DNA of 64,000 nt from Octopus vulgaris (lineage: Eukaryota): NCBI GenBank assembly GCA_951406725.2, contig OX597815.1, positions 161,262,001-161,326,000 on the forward strand, in the 5' to 3' direction. Positions 55,179 to 64,000 of this stretch are shown one piece after another (position 1 is the stretch's first letter; each line of letters opens with the position of its first letter). The translations under genes were made by a program, and so were the position numbers. A model generated the notes under the pieces. The model was not told the origin of the DNA. It did no database searches and saw nothing but the letters and a program-made list of their open reading frames with translations.

Positions 55179-55497
55179 CGATAACGATAAATGTTGCCCT
55201 TATCAAGCCTAGCCAGGCTCATGGGCCTGGTTTCCTGGTTTCTGTGGCATATGTGTTCCCTCCAGCTGGACAGAATGCCAGTCCATTGCAGCATTACTCA
55301 AGAAACAGGAAGAGAGAGTGAGAGAAAATTGGGGCGAAAGAGTGCAACAGGGGTCGCCACCACCCCCTGCTGGAGCCTCTCGGAGCTTTTAGGTGTTTTC
55401 GCTCATTAAACACACACAACGCCTGATCTGGGAATTGAAGCCGCGATCCTCCGACCGCAAGTCCGCTGCCCTAACCACTGGGCCATTGTGCCTCCTC
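55179..55497 (-). mobile_element. tRNA-derived SINE inserted into a palindrome
   Basis: Minus strand head ggaggcacaatggcccagtggttaggg (A box). 15-bp TSD cttctgacaagcata at 55164-55178 and 55498-55512. Confidence 0.85.
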
Positions 55498-56301
55498 CTT
55501 CTGACAAGCATAGGATATATAATCAAATTGTTACCTAACACTCCATCATACCCATGGCATGAAACTGCTTGGTAAGATCAGCCGTGACAGATACATAATA
55601 CCGTACACTTCGGATAATATATATATACATATGTATGTACGTATGTATATCTATGTGTGTGTATATATATATCTATGTGTGTATATGTCTTTATGTCTGT
55701 GTTTGTCTCCCCCCACCACTTGGCAAATAGTTTTGGTGTGTTTATGTCCCCATAACCTAGAGGTTCAGCAAAATAGACCGTGAGAATAAGTACTATGCTT
55801 TAAAAAATAAATCCTGGGATTGATTAATTTGACTAAAATCTTTCAAGCCAGTACCCCAGCATGCCCATAGTCAAATGACTGAAATAAGTAAAAGATAAAA
55901 TTAGTTATAAATATGTGGAAAATATTTATAGCTTGGGAAAAAATTTGAATCAAACTATGCCAATTCAATTCTTGCGAGGGACCCATGATCTCAGTTTTCT
56001 TCTTTTTATAAGCTTATATAATATTGTCTAAGAGGTAAAGTAGCTGTGAGTTTAATGTGCTACACTAAGGACTACGTGGTTATGAGTTCAAATTTTATTT
56101 GCTGTTGTGTTGTGAACATAGAACATAATTCTGCTTGCTCTAGTTTGCCTTACCTGTAAAGTATTAAATAATGACGCCAACAAAAATGCAATTCTATCTC
56201 ATACTCATTTGCATGAAAACATTAAAAATTAAAATTTGTATCTGTAAAACAAACAAAAAAAAATGCTCAAAAGAATATTAGTTTTGCTTTCTGTTTTCCA
56301 G

Positions 56302-56461
56302 TTCAGGTACTGGACGTACGGGAACTTTGATAGCTATTGATGCCGGCATGAAGATGTTTGATAAAACACAAACCGTGGATGTTCTTAATTTTGTCTACTC
56401 CATGAGACTTGAAAGACCAAGGGCTGTGCAAACAAAACAACAGTATGCATTGATATATAAG
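56302..56461 (+). CDS. Exon C of the PTP-domain gene (P-loop and Q-loop)
   Basis: ctgttttccag| acceptor; |gtaaga donor at 56462; 160 nt, phase 2-0. Completes (S)SGTGRTGTLIAIDAGMKMFDKTQTVDVLNFVYSMRLERPRAVQTKQQYALIYK, giving the HCx5R signature and R..R...VQT..QY motif. Overlaps ORF 56327..56545. Confidence 0.95.
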
Positions 56462-56697
56462 GTAAGACCCATTAAGTTTAACTGTCATAGATTGGAAAAA
56501 CCTGCTGCTAAGATATTTGGTAAGCCATCATCATCACCATCATGATCATCATTTAACATGCATTTTCCATCCTAGCATGGGTTGGACAGTTTAACATGAA
56601 GCTGGGAACTGTTTAGTTTCCAATTGTCTGTTGTGGCATGGTTTCTATAACTGGATGCCCTTCCTAATGCCGGCCACCTTACAGAAGGTGCTGGGTG

Positions 56698-56922
56698 TGA
56701 GCTGGCAGAATCGTTAGCACGCAGGGCGAAATGCTTGGCGGTATTTCGTCTGCACTTAAGTTCTGAGTTCAAATTCCGCTGAGGTCAACTTTGCCTTTCA
56801 TCCTCTCGGGGTAGATAAATTAAGTACCAGTTATGCACTGGGGTTGATGTAATCGACTTAACCCTTTTGTCTGTCCTTGTTTGTCCCCTTTATGTTTAGC
56901 CCCGTGTGGGCAATAAAGAAAT
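56698..56922 (+). mobile_element. SINE family B nested in an RTE 3' UTR remnant
   Basis: Near-full-length copy; degenerate TSD agaaggtgctgggtg / agaaggtaccaggtg. Confidence 0.8.
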
Positions 56923-58498
56923 AAGAAGGTACCAGGTGCTCTTAACATGCTACTGGCACGAGTGCATTTTATATGGCACCAGCACATATAAAGTATAAGC
57001 CTGTATGTATGGATGACAGTGGTTTTATTAAGCTTGACACATCCTCTCAAAGTACAGTAAATCATCCCAACTCCCAGTCCTTTGTTATTTCCTCAGTGAC
57101 AAGGAACTGAATAAGCTAGAAATTATTGGTTTCTCATTTTGACACAAGACCAGCAATTTCGATGGGAGGGGATATTTGATTACATCGACTCCAGTACTCA
57201 ATTAGAACTTATTTTATAGACCTTTGAAAGAATGAAAGGCAAAAATTAACCTCGGTAATATTTGAACTCAGAACTTAAAGATGGACGAAATGCCTCAAAG
57301 CATTCTGCCTGGCATGTTACTGATTCTGCCACTTGCCCCCTTCAGGTAATCTAGTAATTATTATAATCATCATACAGCTGTTCTTACAAATAGAATTTTT
57401 GTCCAGCTTCCTCACTTTTTTTTTATACTGAAAGTGTTACAAGAACAGTATTCCTGTTTTAGTGCAAATTATATATAAATGTCCACTGTTAAAGATTCTT
57501 TTACTCATAACCTGAATGATAGGAAATTTAATTTAATTTTATTTTATTTTTGTGTTGTGGTTGTTATGTAGCACCAAGTCTGATTGGTCAAGCATATATA
57601 ATAGTCATGACCATCTCATTTTTAACCTCCATCTGGTACTACATTAGTCAGTGCAACCTTCGTTTTCTAAGGTGATAAAGTGTGTAATCTGAGGAAGATT
57701 TGACAGTTATTTCTCGCAGGTTAAGGGACTATGTAGAGGTTCCCATGTTGGCAGCTATGTTCTGTTTTTATAAGTTAATCAGTTAGATAAGTTGCATTAA
57801 TTACCTGTCACCTAAGGAGACCCACCCATACTACGGAGACTGATGTCATTTGAAAACACTTGTTTGAATGGGTGGGATACTCAAAATGTGTGTTTACTCA
57901 AAATTTAAGAAAATAAGAATAACCACCACAGTTCTCCTAAATTTTAGCAATTAGCATTGTCATATATCTTAGAAAAGTTTACAAAGGCACAGGCATGGAT
58001 GTGTGGTAAAAAGCTTGCTTCCCAACCACATGTTTCCAGGTTCAGTCCCACTGCATGGCACCTTGGGTATGTGTCTTCCACTATAGACATGAGCTGACTT
58101 AAGCCTTGTAATTGAGAGAGAAACTGAAAGAAGCCCATTGTGTGTATATGTATATGTGTGTGTTTGTGTGTGTCTGTTTTTATCTGTGTGTCTGTGTTTG
58201 TCCCCCGTCTAGTGCCTGACAACTGGTGTTGGTGTGTTTACATTCCTGTAACTCATTGTCCTCAGATTGACATCCAAACACTCTGAAATGTTCTTATTGG
58301 AGCTCCTGGTTCAAATGCCAAGCAGTACAGCATGTTGTTTCCAAATTTCTGGCAGAGTGAATTGTGTCATGGTGCTGTTTTTCTCACAGATGGTGCCCAA
58401 CTGACCCTACTATACTGTGTAGTCGACAAAATCAAAAACAAAGAATGCACATGTGTGAAATTGAAAGTATAAAATGTTGACTCTTAACCCCTCACATC

Positions 58499-58686
<188 letters not shown>

Positions 58687-58936
58687 GGGGAGCGAGAGAA
58701 AGGGGTGTCTTTGTGCTTGTGTTTGTTTCCCATCACTATTAGCAGGCAGTTCTACAGAGACTGATAGAACAAGTAAAAGACTTTAAAAAGTAAGTCCTGA
58801 GGTCAATGTGTCCAGCTAAGTCCTCCAAAGTGGTGCCAGAGCATGGCCACAAGCAGTCCAGTGAATGAAACAAAAAAAAAAAAAAAATAAGATCGTGTTC
58901 TGAATTATTGTTTGTTATTTAGTATTATGTTTTATT

Positions 58937-59192
58937 CAGGGCTGTGGAGTTGAAACAAAAAAACTCTGACTCCTTTACTCCTGGCACCCCTGACTCCTGT
59001 TTATGTAATTAGGTGACTGTGGTTTACATATCTCATAAAGCATATGCATATGCTTGTACTTTGAGTAGGCCTATATGTTATAATTAATCTATATTAAAGA
59101 ATAAAGATATTGTGATTCAGATTTGGTAAAACTATACTGACTCCAACTCCAGCTATTTCTTAATTGTTTCTGACTCTGATTCCACAACCCTA
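58937..59192. mobile_element. hAT-like MITE
   Basis: TIRs cagggctgtggagt / attccacaacccta; 8-bp TSD gttttatt / gttttaat. Confidence 0.7.
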
Positions 59193-59525
59193 GTTTTAAT
59201 GAAGGTATGACATTTTCAAGTGATTTGGCTGTTTGGCTCATGAGGATGATGTCATGAGTTCGATATCCAGATCAGGTAGAATATTGTGACCTTGGACAAG
59301 TCACTTCAGTTCACAACTGCTCCAATCTGCTTAGATGAAAATGAACTGCAACTCCTGCAGAGTAGCAGCACGCAGACTATTAGTCTAAATTCTTGCAAAT
59401 GTGACATGCCAACGGCTCTTCATGGCTATGACACTTGACAGTGACACTGACACCATTTGTGCTTTTGATATAGTCCACTTTAGATTTTTTTTTTATTTTT
59501 CATATTTACACTAGTTTTATTTTAG

Positions 59526-59735
59526 ACTCTTTTACTCTTTTACCTATTTCAGTCATTTGATTGTGGCCATGCTGGAGCACCGCCTTTAGTCAAGCAAATC
59601 GACCTCAGGACTTATTCTTTGTAAGCCTAGTACTTATTCTATCAGTGTTTTTTGCTGAACCGCTAAGTTACAGGGACGTAAACACACCAACATCGGTTGT
59701 CAAGCAATGTTGGGGCACAAACAAACATAGACACA

Positions 59736-59775
<40 letters not shown>

Positions 59776-59946
59776 TATCTACGACGGGCTTCTTTCAGTT
59801 TCCATTCACCAAATCCACTCACAAGGCTTTGGTCAGCCCGAGGCTATAGTAGAAGACACTTGCCCAAGGTGCCACACAGTGGGACTAAACCCGGAACCAT
59901 GTGGTTCATTAGCAAACTACTTACCACACAGCCACTCCTACGCCTA
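59526..59946 (-). mobile_element. SINE family A
   Basis: Full-length reverse complement; explains ORF 59561..60010. Confidence 0.85.
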
Positions 59947-59959
59947 TAGACTGGAACAA

Positions 59960-61040
59960 TATTGGTTTCAAATTTTGGCACAGGCCGGCAAGTTTAGGGG
60001 AATGGGGTAAGTTTATTACATTGACCCTAGTGATCATCTCATACTTATTTTATCAACCCTGAAACGATGGACAAAGTCGACCTCAATAGAATTTGAACTC
60101 AGAATGTAAAGACAAACGAAATGCCACTAAGCATTTATCCAGCATGCTAATGATTCTGCCAGCTTTACCACCTTAACAGTTTTATATATTAGTTTCAAAT
60201 TTTGGCACAAGACCAGCAATTTCAGAGGAAGGGATAAGTCAATTACATCATCCCTAGTGATCAACTGTTACTTATTTCATCGACCCCGAAAAAATGAAAG
60301 GCAAAGCTGATTTCAGTGGAATTTGAACTCAGAACATAAAGACAGACAGAATGCTGCTAAACATTTTGCCAAGTGTGCTAATGATTCTGCCAGCTCAATG
60401 CCTTAGACTAGATAAATATTTATTTCTTTATTACACATAGAGGGGACAAAAAAGGACAGACAAAGGGATTAAGTTGATTACATCGACCCCAGTACGGGTC
60501 AATGTAAAACTATTTAATTAAAAACTATTTAATTGACCCTGAAAGGGTGAAAGGCAAAGTCAACCTCAGCAGAATCTGAACTCAGAATGTAATGGCAGAT
60601 GAAATACCGCTAAGCATTTCACCTGTGCTAATGATTCTTATTTCTTTATTGCCCACAAGGGGCTAAACATAGAGGAGACAAACAAGGACAGAAAAAGGGA
60701 TTAAGTCGATTACATTGACCCCAGTGCGTAACTGGTACCAAAAGGATGAAAGGCAAAGTCGACCTCGGTGGAATTTGAACTCAGAACGTAACGACAGATG
60801 AAATACCTATTTCTTTACTACCCAGAAGGGGCTAAACACAGAGGATACAAACAAGGACAGACAAACGGATTACGCCGATTATATCAACCCCAGTGCGTAA
60901 CTGGCATTTAATTTATCGACCCCGAAAGGATGAAAGACAAAGTCGACCTCGGTGGAATTTGAACTCAGAACGTAATGGCAGATGAAATACTGCTAAACAT
61001 TTCGCTCGGTGTGCTAACATTTCTGCCAGCTCACCGCCCT
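59960..61040 (-). mobile_element. Head-to-tail array of about 5 SINE B copies with mixed tail variants
   Basis: Repeated caaagtcgacctc...gaatttgaactcagaa units, all on the minus strand. Confidence 0.85.
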
Positions 61041-61867
61041 AGACTAGATAAATATTAACACAGGAAAGAATTATGAATAAATGTTTTTGTTTAAATCTAT
61101 TCTGTAAATATATGCTTATAAAAAGTTGGTACATAACTTAGATTACATCCATTTCATTGATGCTGCTACTATTCTTCTTCTTCAGTCTCAGGTCAGCCAT
61201 CATGGAGCAGACATGTATTCCATAATGACTAGCTCATCTTATTTTGTACATCCAGGACTACAGTCTCCAACTTCTCTTTAGGGTGCTTTATAAAAGAGAT
61301 TTAGCTATTGTTTCTAGCTAGTCACATGACGATGAAGAGTTTTCCTCATTGGCTCTAGGTCTGTTTTATAGACATTGATATAATTATCATGTGTTTTCTA
61401 TTACTTCTATTTTGGTTTCAAATGGTTAACATGTACATATATATATATATATATTGCGCTTTTGTTTTTTCAAATAGTCTCTTCTGTAAGTTCTTCCTTT
61501 TCTTTTCTTTTTTAATTAAATTACACTGCTTGCTTTTATTTATTATAGTTATTGTTATGTTTGTTTGAAATCAATTTATACAAACAAATGTTTGCAATTA
61601 CTGAAATAATGAAGTCTCCTCGGGGAGTTTCTGTGAAAATGATGTTCAGAATGTGACTACCTAATCATTTTCTTAGTGTGTGTGTGTGTGTGTATGTGTG
61701 TGTGTGTAAGAGCTACTTTACATGTGTTTGTGTCTGTGTGTGATGAACTTATAATTTACAGAACTTTAATTTATGTTTATTGTTACATATTGTTATGCAA
61801 ATCTTTTGCAAAAGATGCAAAATTAAAAGCATTATGGAAAGATTTAAATGAACAAATGTTGTTGTTG

Positions 61868-61898
<31 letters not shown>

Positions 61899-64000
61899 CT
61901 TTTTGTTAATTAATGAAACAAACTTTAGCAGAAATTCAGTTCTTTCTAAAAGTCTAACAACAGAAGAACGCTAAAAGTTTGGCAAGATCTGAAGTGCATA
62001 CACTAGCTTCATATATAATTTGTCAATTCTTAGATAAACTCTGCTTGTCTGACAGGGTTTTTCTCATTGTATGTATGTGTGTGTGGTGGTACTGTCCCAG
62101 CATAATCACAGCCTGGAAACAGAGTAATTAGCCATATTTCATCTACCTTTATGTTCTGAGTTCAAATTCTGTCAAAGTCGACTTTGCTTTCCATCCTTTT
62201 GAGGGTTGATAAACTAAATACCAGTTGCGTACTGAGGTTAATCTAGTCGACTGGCCTCCTCCCCCAAAATTTCAAGCCTTGTGCCTAGAGTAGAAAAGAT
62301 TATTCTGACTATGGAAGATGAAGGATTGAGCAAAGTAGTGAACATAGACCTGAAAGAGGAGAGATATAGTAGAGGTAATGACAGTTGTAGGTGGGTGGGT
62401 CATAATTTACACCCAACCTAGTTCAAAGAGAGAAGTCAATGAGTCAGTGAACTCCAAAGGGAAGGGTTAGGTTTTAGAATGCTGTTTTAGCTAAGATACT
62501 TTTCTTTTATCATTGACTTTGTTTTAGTCACTGGATTGTAGCCAGGCCAAGGCACTGCCTTGAAAGGTTTGGTTGAATGAATCAACCTCATCACCTGGTA
62601 CTTATTCAATCAGTCTCTTTTGCCAAACTGCTAAGTAATGGGGACAAACAAACACAAACACATGCATAGATATATACATACATGTGTGTGTGTATACAAA
62701 CATATATATATACACAAACACACACAACAGGTTGCTTTCAGTTTCTGTCTGCTAAATCCACTCACAATACTTGAGGTGGCCTGGAGCTATAGTAGAAGAC
62801 CTTTGACCAAGGTGCTTCACAGTAGGGATGAACCCAAGACCACATGGTTCTGTGATGCCAAGACAGACTATCAGAAATTACGAAACCTAGTACTTGTAGA
62901 GAAAATTTTCAGGTTTTTTATTGCATATAGTTCAAGAGTCAAAGGAGTAAGGTATAAGATTGTCTGCTTCAACAGAAAATGCATCCTTATGTAGTTTTTC
63001 CTTCTTTTATTCATTGCATTTAAGGGTGCTTTTTATGTGCTAGTTACACAACACTGGTATCTGTCATGACTACAATCTCACTTGGCTTGATGGGTCTTAG
63101 CCTTCAGATTTCATTGATATGCTTGTTTATTTTTAGAATGACATTGTAGGGTAGGTGTGGGAGGCCAGATCTGGCCAGTTCGGGAATAAAACAGGTAGAA
63201 TATTTGAGCTGCTAATGGGTTAATCTTATTATTTACTTTCTAGTCCATGCTATTTCCTTCAATCTGTACTTTCAAAACCTTCTTCCTAAGATATACATTG
63301 GCACAATTAGTAAACAGACTCCCACACACCTACAGAAACTTTGATATTTCTGTCTCTAATTTTCATTTATCAATTTCCTTCCAACTTTATGAACATGACA
63401 AGTGAGATAATAATTTTATCTATAGTGTATATTTTCACAGATTTCTATACAATTCGGTGTTTGTTAACCTTCAAATAGCACTAGATTTCGAGTAAACAAT
63501 TCTGTGTCTTCACTTTTGTGTTATTTTCTTCTATTGTTGCTGTAAATAAATATAATAACATTCTTAGTTTTATACTGAATAAACAAACTTACATAAATAT
63601 AAAAGCATCTTTCAATATGTTTAAAATAAGGTTACAGTATGTTGTTGCTAGATAAAAATGGAGATTGGAATCTTTTGCATCAGTGACATACATACACAAG
63701 CCAGTACAAGCGCAGACACACACTTGTAAATATACACAAACGCACAAATACATATGTAGTTAGACACATGTGTTCATATGCACACATGTACATGAATAAA
63801 CATAAATGCACAAACAACCATGCACATATGCTTACACACATAGACAGACAGGCACATACAGACTTGTATAGAGATACACATATTATATATATATATACAT
63901 ATATATACACACACACACCAATGCGCACAAACACACACGCACATGAATATGTAAACATATACATGTAGTCATGCACATATGCTCACACACACATAAACAG

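Noticed and set aside
56302-56306. Alternative acceptor AG 5 nt into exon C
   Set aside because: It would frameshift and destroy the P-loop, and there is no evidence it is used.
58391-58405. Candidate terminal PTP exon after tttctcacag (MVPN*)
   Set aside because: Does not resemble the final PTP helix; unsupported.

Overview
AT-rich eukaryotic genomic DNA saturated with microsatellites and repeats. The SINE/LINE families and (TA/CA/TATG/ATT)n load look like an Octopus (coleoid cephalopod) genome; this is inference from recognisable repeat families. Nearly all ORFs in the supplied track are microsatellite or repeat artefacts. The only well-supported gene is three + strand exons (40592-40729, 53223-53368, 56302-56461) with canonical AG/GT sites and compatible phases. 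They splice into 148 aa forming the C-terminal half of a classical protein tyrosine phosphatase (PTP) domain. The catalytic Cys and Arg are retained (VHCSSGTGRTG), but the general-acid loop reads WPA instead of WPD and the KCxxYWP motif reads KGTPYCP, suggesting a pseudophosphatase or natural substrate trap. The rest appears intronic or intergenic: several tRNA-derived SINE families, RTE, CR1, Dong/R4 and HERO LINE remnants, Tc1/mariner, piggyBac-like and hAT MITEs, a non-autonomous Helitron, and about eight unrelated fold-back palindromes. Repeat boundaries were read by eye and are approximate; exon boundaries were counted exactly.
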